From a virus (Duplodnaviria > Caudoviricetes): DNA of 64,000 nucleotides. Positions 1-9,613 of this stretch are shown here, piece by piece. Every line of letters begins with the position of its first letter. The stretch's first letter is position 1. The stretch is from positions 2,905 through 66,904 of the IMG/VR virus record IMGVR_UViG_3300035429_000172. One strand, 5' to 3'. The translations under genes were made by a program, and so were the position numbers. Under the pieces are notes generated by a model that worked only from the letters and a program-made list of their open reading frames with translations, was not told where the DNA came from and ran no database searches.

Positions 1-263
1 AGCATTTCTTCATCGTCTTTGTCTAAACCTAATTCATTTTCATTTTGTGAATCAGGAACTTTCCAATCGTCAGTTTTTCCTTCAAGAAATTCAATACTCG
101 TAGGAATTGCACGTGCAATTGCAAGTAAAGTTGATTTTCGAGGGGTAACTCCTTGCTTATATCTATAAATAGCTTTTTCACTCAATCCAGCTTCTTCTGC
201 AACTTTAATTACACTTTTTTTCTGTTTTTCGGCTGCGAATTGAATGCGTTCAAATAGCGTCAT
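1..263 (-). CDS. CI-like XRE immunity repressor, partial (runs off left edge)
   Basis: Manual translation from ATG at 263: MTLFERIQFAAEKQKKSVIKVAEEAGLSEKAIYRYKQGVTPRKSTLLAIARAI...; HTH pattern; divergent from cro. Confidence 0.85.
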   Translation of the reverse strand, partial: MTLFERIQFAAEKQKKSVIKVAEEAGLSEKAIYRYKQGVTPRKSTLLAIARAIPTSIEFLEGKTDDWKVPDSQNENELGLDKDDEEM

Positions 264-294
264 ATAAAGGATTCTCTTTCTAACCCTTCAAAAA

Positions 295-518
295 TTGTGC
301 CAAAAAGTATACTTTTATATTTGAATAAAGTACACAGTGTGGTATTATTATTTCTGTCAGGTAAAGTAATAACAAAATATTAGCAAATACTTAATTGAAA
401 ACCGCCAAGTTTATGTAATTGAGTAAGTCTGCTAATGCTTATTTCTTATACTCTGATGTTACACCATGTATACAATGTTATCAACTATTTATTAACATTT
501 TGTGCAAAAAGATACTTT
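295..518. promoter_or_regulatory. Lysis/lysogeny switch with candidate operators
   Basis: Palindrome AAAAGTATACTTTT at 303-316 within TTGTGCCAAAAAGTATACTTTT; related copy TTGTGCAAAAAGATACTTT at 500-518 just before the cro RBS. Confidence 0.5.
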
Positions 519-530
519 GGAGGTGAAATT

Positions 531-746
531 ATGCCATTAGAAGAACAATTGGATCAAGCAAAACAAGCAGTAACAACTGCGATTAAAAAGAAAATGCTTG
601 AAAAAGGCTGGTCACAAACTGAGCTTGCTGAAACACTACGACTAAATAGAGGAGTAGTTAGTCGAGCAATTAACGGGGATGCTAATCCTCAATCAGTAGA
701 GACTAGAAAGAAGATTTATAAAATTTTAGGAATGGAAGGTGAATAA
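531..746 (+). CDS. Cro-like HTH regulator
   Basis: GGAGG RBS then ATG 531; KGWSQTELAETLRLNRGVVSRAING HTH. Confidence 0.85.
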   Translation: MPLEEQLDQAKQAVTTAIKKKMLEKGWSQTELAETLRLNRGVVSRAINGDANPQSVETRKKIYKILGMEGE

Positions 747-748
747 AA

Positions 749-1475
749 ATGGATGAACTAAAAGATTTAGTAATTATGAAAGATCGTCAAGCTGTGACAG
801 ATAGCTTGAAGGTGGCGGCGTCTTTTGGAAAACAACATAAAGACGTATTGAAAGCATGGAAAAATTTGGCAGCGCAAAATTGCGCCACGAAAAAAATGTT
901 TTTTTGAAAGCGCCTATGTAAATCGTGGCAAAGAGTATCCAATGATCTATATGAACCGTGACGGTTTTACATTACTGGCTATGAGTTTTACAGGTAAGAA
1001 AGCAATGGAATTCAAGCTCAAATACATCGCAGCTTTTAACAAAATGGAAGCATATATTCGTGAACAAGAAGCTGCAAAGCAATTGCCAAAAACACCAGAG
1101 GAGTTACTTCAATTAACAATGAAAGCAACTAATCATTTGGATGAACGAGTAACTAATGTTGAAGAGGACATTGATTATTTGAAGAATAAGTCCGAAGTTG
1201 ATGAGAACCAACGCTACAAGCTTCAAAAAGCTCGCAACAAAAGATGTATTGAAGTATGTGGTGGTAAGGAAAGCAATTTCTATAAAACTAAATCTCGCAA
1301 GACATTCATGGCATTAGCACATGACTTTAAAGAATATTTCCAAATTCCACGTTACGATGCTTTGCACAAAGAAGACTTTGATAAAGCGATTGAGTTTATT
1401 AATGGCTGGTATCCGTCAGTACTGCTAAAGAGAGATATCGATGAAGTTAATGCACAGACTAACCTAGATATTTAG
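749..1475 (+). pseudogene. Rha-family regulator/antirepressor split by +1 frameshift in a T7 tract
   Basis: ATG 749 gives MDELKDLVIMKDRQAVTDSLKVAASFGKQHKDVLKA...KKMFF then TGA 905-907; removing one T of 899-905 continues ESAYVNRGKEYPMIYMNRDGFTLLAMSFTG (Rha motifs). Confidence 0.8.
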
Positions 1476-1487
1476 GAGGTATTAACG

Positions 1488-1778
1488 ATGGAAGTAACTA
1501 TTTCAAGAGAAGAACTAAAAAAAGAAATCATTGCAATTATGAAGGAACTGGATTTTGTCCCTAAAAATGAATCAAAAGGAAAAACAATTACCTTAGCTCA
1601 ATTCAAAAAAGAGTTTTGTCCCGGAAAAAGCATTGATTGGATTAAGGAAGAGATTTTTTACAAGTACAAGCCGGACTTTGTATTTGATATTCATCCAGGA
1701 CACGGTCGTACGATTCGTATCTATGAAAGTGCAGCTGCCGAATGGATGGAAAAGAATAGCAAAAAACTTCCTTGGTAG
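1488..1778 (+). CDS. DUF771-like / excisionase-like small DNA-binding protein
   Basis: Typical position; resemblance recognised from memory. Confidence 0.45.
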   Translation: MEVTISREELKKEIIAIMKELDFVPKNESKGKTITLAQFKKEFCPGKSIDWIKEEIFYKYKPDFVFDIHPGHGRTIRIYESAAAEWMEKNSKKLPW

Positions 1779-1807
1779 TCTAAAGTACAGAAAGTAAGTG
1801 AATAGAG

Positions 1808-2017
1808 ATGAATATAAGAGAAGTCACGTTGAAAGCACAGAAAGAAGGACGAGGTATGACTCGAAAAAGTTACGGATTTCAACCACCCATTTTACTGCCA
1901 ACAAATACTGATAAATGTGTAATAGTAATTCCTTTTAATAAGAAAAAAATTAAGCTCAATAGATGGAATCCTAATTTGGACGATTTACTTGCAGAGGATT
2001 GGTATGTGTATGGATAA
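1808..2017 (+). CDS. DUF2829/Tad2-like protein, copy 1
   Basis: MNIREV..MTRKSY..LLPTN..WNPNLDDLLAEDW family motif. Confidence 0.6.
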   Translation: MNIREVTLKAQKEGRGMTRKSYGFQPPILLPTNTDKCVIVIPFNKKKIKLNRWNPNLDDLLAEDWYVYG

Positions 2018-2276
2018 AGATATGGGCATTAACCAAGCAGCAAAAAAAGCTTTTCAGAAAGATTGCTATATACAAAGAAAAAGCAAAAAAGATTCTGATA
2101 TTGTTTTTTATCCAACTAATAGTCCTTCTCACATTGAAATTTGGAGTATGAAGAAAGAAAAAATGATAATGCCTAATTGGAATCCTAAGCTTGACGATTT
2201 AGTTGCTACCGATTGGCAATTAATAAAAAAAGAGAGCGACCCCATTAAAAGAGTACTCTCAAAGATTATAAATTAA
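2010..2276 (+). CDS. DUF2829/Tad2-like protein, copy 2
   Basis: MGINQAAKKA..FYPTN..WNPKLDDLVATDW; paralog of the upstream gene. Confidence 0.6.
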   Translation: MDKDMGINQAAKKAFQKDCYIQRKSKKDSDIVFYPTNSPSHIEIWSMKKEKMIMPNWNPKLDDLVATDWQLIKKESDPIKRVLSKIIN

Positions 2277-2532
2277 GAAATTGTTGATGAGCTTTTTCAC
2301 CAAGAGATGTTAATTTCCCAATTCGATAGCTAGTCTTATTATTTCCGTTTATTTCATCAAATAATACATAGCCATTCTTTACCAAACTATTAACGGCTAT
2401 ATTCAGCTCAGAATGTGAATAACGATTAGCAAAAGGAAAATCATCCATAAAATACATTGTATTTACGTCAGTGGCATTTGAATGCAGATAGTCAACAATA
2501 TCTTTTACACATTGCAAGTTTAAATCACTCAC
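2266..2532 (-). CDS. DUF2513-like winged-helix protein
   Basis: L..VKDIVDYL N-terminus and IGKLTSLG C-terminus; RBS AGGAG; convergent on the DUF2829 genes. Confidence 0.5.
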   Translation of the reverse strand: MSDLNLQCVKDIVDYLHSNATDVNTMYFMDDFPFANRYSHSELNIAVNSLVKNGYVLFDEINGNNKTSYRIGKLTSLGEKAHQQFLNL

Positions 2533-2588
2533 TTCATCATCTCCTTAATTATTAGATGATTTCAGTTTAGCAAAAAAGAAAGGAAAAA

Positions 2589-2888
2589 ATGGAAGAAATT
2601 AGACTCTTTAAATCAAAGTTTGATGATATAAAACCTGGCGACATGTTCATTAATGAAAATAAGACCAAAATATATGAAATCGTTTCAATGTTTTCTGGCT
2701 ATTTTACTGGCTGGATGCTTCTTACACGATACTTAGATGATGACAATGGCTTTACAGAATGTTCCTACATTCAAACAGGAAAAGATAAAGAGAAAAAGAT
2801 AGCGGCTTTGTTATATGGGCTAGATCGAACATGCCATTTAAAAAATATAGACCCTAAAGATTGGATAGGAGAAAAGGACAATGGATAA
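2589..2888 (+). CDS. Hypothetical phage protein
   Basis: AAGGA RBS, 99 aa ORF. Confidence 0.65.
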   Translation: MEEIRLFKSKFDDIKPGDMFINENKTKIYEIVSMFSGYFTGWMLLTRYLDDDNGFTECSYIQTGKDKEKKIAALLYGLDRTCHLKNIDPKDWIGEKDNG

Positions 2889-3008
2889 CGAATTTATTAC
2901 AAAGTTAAAAGATTACACAAGCAAGCAAATGGATGCAGGTGCATTCCCAGAACAAGTGTCCAAACTTGTGGCTGAATTAATCGAATTAGAACGGTAGGAA
3001 AGATAATT

Positions 3009-3227
3009 ATGGATTTTAAAAATGTGAACGATGCAATGGACTTCTTATTCAGCACGAATGATAAATATTCAATTACCCGAGTTAGAGATGGTGACGATGA
3101 AGATTGGAGACCCCAAACTCTTACTGACCTTAAAGAATCAAATTAGGAAGCATTAGCATATATTGCTGATTTGTTGGGAATGAGTGGATTGTACTTAGAC
3201 AGAAAGAGAAGTAATAAAAGTGAATAA
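3009..3227 (+). pseudogene. Hypothetical phage gene with in-frame TAG
   Basis: MDFKNVNDAMDFLFST...LKESN, TAG at 3144-3146, then EALAYIADLLGMSGLYLDRKRSNKSE in the same frame. Confidence 0.6.
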
Positions 3228-4216
3228 GTCTGACTTACAAACTGCTTTGTTAATACTTCCAGAAGACTATCGACAAAATGCGTTTGAGTTTTTAACAGAA
3301 CATACCAATTATACCCCAGAAGACTTTATCGACTTTATTAAGGATCAATTAGATCAAATGCAACGTGCATATGAATATGAGCTGCAAGATAAAGATGATG
3401 AAATTGCAAGTCTACAAAATGATTATGAAGCTGCGGACTATGGATATGATGAACTTCAAGATGATTTTGAGGCCTTAGATGATGATTACGGCAAGTTAGA
3501 AGAGGAATTAATAACAGTGCAAAAAGAAAAAGAAGAATTAGCAGAATATGCTTTTGGATTGAAGAATGCATTGGATAAAGCCGGAGTTTATGTGGAGTTA
3601 AAACAACCAAGTTGTTTATTGCATAAAGAACTAATGAATTTTTATTCACGGAGTTAGCAAGATGAATCAAAAAGAAACAGTGTCATTAACAGAAGAGGAT
3701 ATAAAGAAACTGGCGAATGAGCTTTATAAACTTCAAAGAAGAGATGAGTTAGTTGAAAAAGATTCCCTATATTGTGATGGATGGATCAAATTAAGAAAAG
3801 AAATTAACGATTGGATTCATAGTAACATTAATCGTTCTGAGTATAGTTACTCTTCTCTTCAAATGCAGATTTATGGTGCAGTTAAATTTGTAACTGGCTG
3901 TAAAGGAGGACTTAGAGAAATGACTAATGAGCAATCGAAGGGTGCCAGATGGATTTTTGAACAAATGAAAGATGGCTTTGAAAGATATGGCACAAATCAA
4001 AAAAGGGAGAGAAATTAAATGAACGAATTAGAAAAGACAGTAACGGATTTAGGGCATATTCAAGCTAAAGCTCGCTTTGATTCAGACAAGTTTTTAAATG
4101 ACTTAAATAGTTACTTAAACGAATGTATGAAGCTATGGGTTACCAAATATTTAAACAATTACATTGAAGTGGACTTACCTAAGCTTGATGATACCGGTGA
4201 TAAAAATGGAGACTAG
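3220..4216 (+). CDS. Three hypothetical early genes (3220-3657 acidic coiled coil, 3662-4018, 4019-4216)
   Basis: Tightly coupled ORFs on the phage early strand. Confidence 0.65.
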
Positions 4217-4340
4217 AAGAAACAAGCCTAAGAATGATTGGTGGACCATTAGTTTCTGCATTCTGATAATTTTTATCATTACATTCTTAATAAGTGTAAT
4301 TGGCTACTATGGATGGAGCTTGTTGTAGAAAGGTAAGAAT

Positions 4341-4916
4341 ATGAAAAAAGTCAAAAGCATATCAAAGCCACAATATTTGAAGAAAAGTGTTGTGATGGCT
4401 TATTTAAATGGAACTGGGAAGTCACAAACACAGTTAGAAGATGAACTGGGATGGGGACATGGAAGTCTCTCAAAGTATTTAACCTATAAAAACTTAATAC
4501 CACCTGAACGTTTATATCAATTGGCAAAAGCGATAGGATTCGGAAGTACTGCATCGTATTTAGTTCAATATAATCCAACAACCGCGATGGAAAAAGCACA
4601 TATGGAAGAAGTGCAAAGAGTAACTGCCCTTCACCGAAAAAAATCAAAACTTAATGAAGAGCATAGCAGTGAACAAGCAGTTCCAAATTTAAACGGCTCA
4701 GAGATGGAGCAAATCAAAACCTTATTGATAAATATCACCGGTGCTATTCAGCAAAATAGTAATTTAATGCATAAGATTGTATCTCTGTGTTCAACAAATA
4801 AGGATGAAATTATTGGTTCAGTTCAAAGTTTGCAAGAAAGAGCTGAACGTCAACATGCCTATATTCAATCGCAAGTAAAAGATACAAAGAAAGTAATTAA
4901 GGAAATGTGGAGTTAA
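4341..4916 (+). CDS. XRE-type HTH protein with coiled-coil C-terminus
   Basis: KSQTQLEDELGWGHGSLSKYL..ERLYQLAKAIG. Confidence 0.65.
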   Translation: MKKVKSISKPQYLKKSVVMAYLNGTGKSQTQLEDELGWGHGSLSKYLTYKNLIPPERLYQLAKAIGFGSTASYLVQYNPTTAMEKAHMEEVQRVTALHRKKSKLNEEHSSEQAVPNLNGSEMEQIKTLLINITGAIQQNSNLMHKIVSLCSTNKDEIIGSVQSLQERAERQHAYIQSQVKDTKKVIKEMWS

Positions 4917-4919
4917 AAA

Positions 4920-5749
4920 ATGAACGAAAACTATATTAAAAGATTGATGCATGAACTCGATGAGATTATTCACGATGATTCCGTAAAAGGTGATCCTATG
5001 GAAGAAATGGCTAAGAGACACCTATCAAAAGAAGACTACGAGGACTATAAGGCACAAGTAGAAATTGGAAATCAACTCGATTCAATGCAAAGAGTTCAAA
5101 AAGTACGCTTATTAAATGCATTGCTTGCTGATGACGATATTAGTTTCATTGATATTCTTGACGCAATGCATGGAAAAGCAATGCAAGCAGATATTATTGC
5201 TGGGGTATTTAAGGGGCATGATAAAGGAGATAGTGAAGATGAATAGTCATTTTTCGGAAAATACCATTGTAGGAATTTTATTTTCAAGCAATGCTATTAC
5301 GGATACTCCACAAGACAAACATAAACAATTATTTTTTGGAAATGGAGTAAATTCACGCATAAAAAAAGGCGAATTGCTTGAAATTGATTAGTAGCAATTC
5401 GCACCTATATTGTTGGAATAAATACCTTCGATACATTGATTATAACACAGGAGAGAACAACATGAGAGTTAACCAAGATGTAAATGCTATTGAACAGAAG
5501 TATTTCTCACAGGATACCGTGTTTGTACCTATAACTGATACAATCTGGGAACCAATTTCTGAACCAATGGAATATTTGCAAGATTGCATTTTTTCTGATG
5601 GATTGGTTTCGTTCTGTAACGAATATGAGCTTGATCCCGATGAAGTAGCTTACGATTTTCTGCTTGTTTCTCCTGATAACGATCAATGGGCTAAGGAATT
5701 CATTGTTCAACATATGGGAGGAAGACTAGTTGGAGAACAACATAATTGA
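4920..5749 (+). CDS. Hypothetical early genes (4920-5246, short ORF ending 5391, 5378-5749)
   Basis: Coupled ORFs, no recognisable motif. Confidence 0.5.
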
Positions 5750-6620
5750 TCCAAAAACGTTAAAAGTTCAATCTGAATTACCGATGATTGAATTTGAAAA
5801 TCAAGCTCAACTTGAAAAAAGAGTTGATGCAATGGTTGATCGTTTTACTGGACTAGTAGTAACCAAAGAGACTTATAAGTCATCTAAGGAAGTTAGAGCT
5901 CAAATTAATAAGGCAATTAAGATCATTGATCGTCAGCGTATTGACAAAGTTAAAGAGGTTAAGAAACCGATTGACAAATTTAATCAACACACAAAATCTT
6001 TAACAAAAAAGTTGTCTAGCATTGCAGATGACTTAAATCAGCAACTAAAAGTCTATGACGATAAGAGACGAGCTGGAAAACATGAAATTCAATACATCAA
6101 GTTTAAACAACTTCTTGATGAATATGGATTGCAAGAAGATCAGATTGAATATAATTCGAAATGGGATAACTTATCATTGGCGTTTCCTACCTTTGTCAAG
6201 GAAGCAAAAGAAGCTTGTAGGCTAGTTGAGCAAAAGCAAGAACAGCTTAAAGAAATTCGACAAGCGGTTATTGCTAGGGGAGATGAGCTAGGTATTGGCG
6301 TTCAACCATTTCTCGAACAAGTAGGTAAAAAAGATCTAGCTGCTATCTTACGTGAAATGAGCAAATATAAGCAAGAACTTATTGATGTTCAAAGGAAAAA
6401 AGATGAATTGCAGAAAGAATTTGAAAAGAACAATAAGATTTTGCCCAATGGGAAAGTCATTGATACCAAGACAGGAGAAGTCGTTGATGAGAAGGTAACT
6501 GTTCGGCTAATTATCAAAGATCTTACGCGATATCAAATTGCACAGCTTAAATCTTATTTAAGAGATAACGGATTACATGGCACTTTTAGAGTAATTAATA
6601 ATGAGGTTACAAATGTTTAA
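5730..6620 (+). CDS. DUF1351-family protein
   Basis: Coiled coil KEVRAQINK..RIDKVKEVKKPIDKF, C-terminal VIDTKTGEVV, immediately upstream of the recombinase. Confidence 0.65.
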   Translation: MENNIIDPKTLKVQSELPMIEFENQAQLEKRVDAMVDRFTGLVVTKETYKSSKEVRAQINKAIKIIDRQRIDKVKEVKKPIDKFNQHTKSLTKKLSSIADDLNQQLKVYDDKRRAGKHEIQYIKFKQLLDEYGLQEDQIEYNSKWDNLSLAFPTFVKEAKEACRLVEQKQEQLKEIRQAVIARGDELGIGVQPFLEQVGKKDLAAILREMSKYKQELIDVQRKKDELQKEFEKNNKILPNGKVIDTKTGEVVDEKVTVRLIIKDLTRYQIAQLKSYLRDNGLHGTFRVINNEVTNV

Positions 6621-6808
6621 ATAGAGACTTTACGCCAAAGCAAAAGGCATTCTTAAATGAAAAGTTTAGCCACTTAGAAGCATTTTTAACTAAGCAGAAT
6701 ATAAATATGCATAAAGGAGATAAAACTAAGCTTAAAACTGAAATTACGCATACTGTCGTAGGTCAATTAAAGCCTATCGGCAAATCTGTATTGAAGGAGA
6801 CTAAATAG
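6613..6808 (+). pseudogene. Small ORF frameshifted near its start
   Basis: ATG TTT AAA TAG, but a shifted frame reads NRDFTPKQKAFLNEKFSHLEAFL...ETK to TAG 6806-6808. Confidence 0.45.
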
Positions 6809-6811
6809 TTA

Positions 6812-7528
6812 ATGGCAGAAGTAAAACAACCAGCAGATAGAACGTTTATCAGTATTCAACAAGCTATGAGCGTGCCACTAGACAAGAATAATGACTTTGG
6901 CGGTTTTAACTATCGAACATTGGACGATATCCTGTTGAGATTAAAACCTTTACTCAACAAGCATAAAGCTTATGTCAAGTTAGACACAGCCGTCGTTTTT
7001 CATGACACATTACCTTATCAGCAGGCAACAGCAAAATATCATGATGATAATTTTGAAATTGCTGCTGTTTATGAAGTAAGAGAAGACGAAGCTAAAAAGA
7101 AGATGGATGCCCCACAAGTTAGTGGGTCTGCTGCAAGTTACGCCAAGAAAGGCGCATTAGCTAACTTATTTTTGATTGATGATGGAAGTAGTGATCCAGA
7201 TTCCACATCTGGTAAACCAGTTAAGCCTACTCAACCAAGAACTAAGCAAGCTAAGAGTGCTAAGCCATTGCCAAAACCTAAGCCGAAGTTTAAAAAATAT
7301 ACTCCTGCTGAAATGTTAAAGGCACAGGTAACTTATGGAGGTAAAAAGACTAACATCTGGAATGTTTACACTAAAGCCTTTAAGGAAAAAGATGTGACGG
7401 CTCAAACTTGGTGGAAAGAAAACCACAATAATCCAGATAGTGCACTAGGTAATCTTATTAGACAGTATGGACCATTTATGAAAGAAAAAGAGGCTGAGAA
7501 AGCCAAGGAAGCACAGCAAAGTAAATAG
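6812..7528 (+). CDS. ERF-family ssDNA annealing protein
   Basis: NDFGGFNYRTLDDIL, MDAPQVSGSAASYAKKGALANLFLIDD motifs. Confidence 0.85.
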   Translation: MAEVKQPADRTFISIQQAMSVPLDKNNDFGGFNYRTLDDILLRLKPLLNKHKAYVKLDTAVVFHDTLPYQQATAKYHDDNFEIAAVYEVREDEAKKKMDAPQVSGSAASYAKKGALANLFLIDDGSSDPDSTSGKPVKPTQPRTKQAKSAKPLPKPKPKFKKYTPAEMLKAQVTYGGKKTNIWNVYTKAFKEKDVTAQTWWKENHNNPDSALGNLIRQYGPFMKEKEAEKAKEAQQSK

Positions 7529-7546
7529 AAAGGTAAGGCGATAGTT

Positions 7547-8461
7547 ATGGGAGAGCCTTCATGGCTTTTCGCCAAACATCCCATAGTAGTAAACCCTGAT
7601 TTAGCTGCTGGAATTGGGCTGAATGAAGCAATTGTAGTTCAACAGCTTAATTACTGGCTCAATTCCAAAAGCGCTAAGACTATTGATGGCAAAAAATGGA
7701 TTTATAACACTTATGAAAATTGGCAAAAGGATAATTTTCCTTTTTGGAGTGTTAAAACAGTCAAACGAACTATGCGCAGTCTAGAAAAATCTGAAATAGT
7801 CTTGGCTAGTAATTTTAATAAAGCTGGGTTCGACAAGACTAAATGGTATTCAATTGATGAAGCAAAATTAAACGAGGTAGTGTCCCAACGATGGGGACAA
7901 AGTGACCCGTCGAAGGGGACAGATTGTCCCCATGCAGAGGGACAAAATGACCCAACCAATACCAGAGACTACACAGATAACACTACAGAGACTACTAACA
8001 ACAGTAATACTGAGGGTCATCAAGCTGACCCACAGGACAATAAGCAAAGTAAAACTAAGAAAAAGAAATCTGAAAGTTTACTTGCAAAGACCGTGGAAGT
8101 TATTGAATATCTAAACACAAAAACAGGTCGATCTTTTCGTACAACTACTGAAACCAATCGAAAGCCAATTAGAAATCGTCTAAAAGAAGGGTTTACTGTT
8201 GATGACTGTAAGAAGGTTATCGACAAGAAATACGCTGAATGGCATGGCGTAGAGTTCAGTAATGGAAATATGGGAGATAACTACTTAACTCCTGGCACAT
8301 TGTTTAGAGCTAAGAACTTTGAAAGATATTTAAACGAAAGTTCAAAAGTCGATATTGAACGTAAAGCTCGAAAAGAAAAAGACGGATTTGATATTGACCA
8401 AATGGCAGCAGAAACAGCATCTCAGATGGCTAAATTTGATGACAGTGATTTGCCGTTTTAG
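7547..8461 (+). CDS. Phage replication initiator with conserved phage C-terminal domain
   Basis: GLNEAIVVQQLNYW..KWIYNTYENW; VIEYLNTKTGRSFR..YLTPGTLFRAKNFERYLN. Confidence 0.85.
   Translation: MGEPSWLFAKHPIVVNPDLAAGIGLNEAIVVQQLNYWLNSKSAKTIDGKKWIYNTYENWQKDNFPFWSVKTVKRTMRSLEKSEIVLASNFNKAGFDKTKWYSIDEAKLNEVVSQRWGQSDPSKGTDCPHAEGQNDPTNTRDYTDNTTETTNNSNTEGHQADPQDNKQSKTKKKKSESLLAKTVEVIEYLNTKTGRSFRTTTETNRKPIRNRLKEGFTVDDCKKVIDKKYAEWHGVEFSNGNMGDNYLTPGTLFRAKNFERYLNESSKVDIERKARKEKDGFDIDQMAAETASQMAKFDDSDLPF
7881..8031. repeat. Iteron-like repeats, probable replication origin
   Basis: GGGACAAAGTGACCC, GGGGACAGATTGTCCCC, GGGACAAAATGACCC, GGGTCATCAAGCTGACCC clustered inside the initiator gene. Confidence 0.7.
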
Positions 8462-8476
8462 TTAGGAGGGATAAAA

Positions 8477-9283
8477 ATGAGTGATTTTTATTCCTTAGCA
8501 GGAGCTTTTAAAAATATATTTGAAACCACAAAAGATGAATGTCCTATCCACCATAAGCCAATGATTGAGGCACCGAGAGTAGGTAAGATTTGTCCTTTAT
8601 GTGAAAAAGAAAAGCTTGATAATGCTGAAAAAGAAATGGTTAGAAAAATCTATGAAGATAACGCTAGAAAAACTTTGCTTAGAAAATCCCTAGTGGATGA
8701 TCCAGCAACATATGCTTGTACTTTTGATAGCTATATCGTAAAAAATGCCACCTTAGAGGCCAATTTAAGACAACAAGCTAGACTTATAGCTGGTCAGTAC
8801 TTAAAGTGCCCAGATGCTAAATTTAACACGATTTTGTCAGGACCACCTGGTGTAGGTAAAACTCATCTTGCAATGGCAATCCTAAATGCTGTTAACGATA
8901 ATGCCCACCCTCCTCAAAAATGCGTTTTTATGAACGTGGTTAGTCTGTTTATGCAACTCCGAGCATCATTTGACGATAGTACGAGTTGGTGGACTGAAAA
9001 AAACGTTGAACGATTTTTAAAAGATGTTGATTTAGTAGTTATCGATGACTTAGGTAGTGAATCAGCAATGAGTGGTAATGCTAGGGATGCAACCCAGTTT
9101 GTTCAAACTATTTTGTACAACATTACTAATAGTCAGAGACGAATTATTTTCACCACTAATCTTACGCAAAATAAATTAGTTAAAACTTATAATTCTAAGG
9201 TTGTTAGTCGAATATTACGAGGAACAAAAGGACATATTTTGAATTTCAATGGCATTAAAGATAAACGAATAGAGGCCTTTTAA
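8477..9283 (+). CDS. DnaC/IstB-like helicase loader ATPase
   Basis: CPIH..CPLC zinc motif, Walker A GPPGVGKT, Walker B VVIDDLGSE. Confidence 0.9.
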   Translation: MSDFYSLAGAFKNIFETTKDECPIHHKPMIEAPRVGKICPLCEKEKLDNAEKEMVRKIYEDNARKTLLRKSLVDDPATYACTFDSYIVKNATLEANLRQQARLIAGQYLKCPDAKFNTILSGPPGVGKTHLAMAILNAVNDNAHPPQKCVFMNVVSLFMQLRASFDDSTSWWTEKNVERFLKDVDLVVIDDLGSESAMSGNARDATQFVQTILYNITNSQRRIIFTTNLTQNKLVKTYNSKVVSRILRGTKGHILNFNGIKDKRIEAF

Positions 9284-9601
9284 ATGGCGATGAATCGATT
9301 GAAAGAAATGCGTCTTAAACACCATTTACACCAGTATGACTTTGAGAAACTGGGATTTAGTGCAACTACTTACCGAAAATCGGAACAAGGAGTCAGACAA
9401 GTTTCATGGGATGAATGGCGTAAGCTAGCTGACTTTTACAATGTTTCTATTCCTTATTTACAAGAGAATGATCGATATTTAGTTAACTGTAAATACTGTA
9501 AGGCTAAATTTAAGGTATATAGCAAAGAAGAGTTTGATGAGTACAAATTCTGTCCTAAATGTAGCCATAAAACTTTAACCAAAAAGAAAGAAAAAGATTA
9601 G
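9284..9601 (+). CDS. XRE HTH fused to zinc ribbon, copy 1
   Basis: MNRLKEMR..WRKLADFYNVSIPYLQ then CKYC..CPKC. Confidence 0.75.
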   Translation: MAMNRLKEMRLKHHLHQYDFEKLGFSATTYRKSEQGVRQVSWDEWRKLADFYNVSIPYLQENDRYLVNCKYCKAKFKVYSKEEFDEYKFCPKCSHKTLTKKKEKD

Positions 9602-9613
9602 GAGGAAAAGATA

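Noticed and set aside
1-300. Integrase and attL
   Set aside because: Not in the window, so integrase class and att core cannot be confirmed
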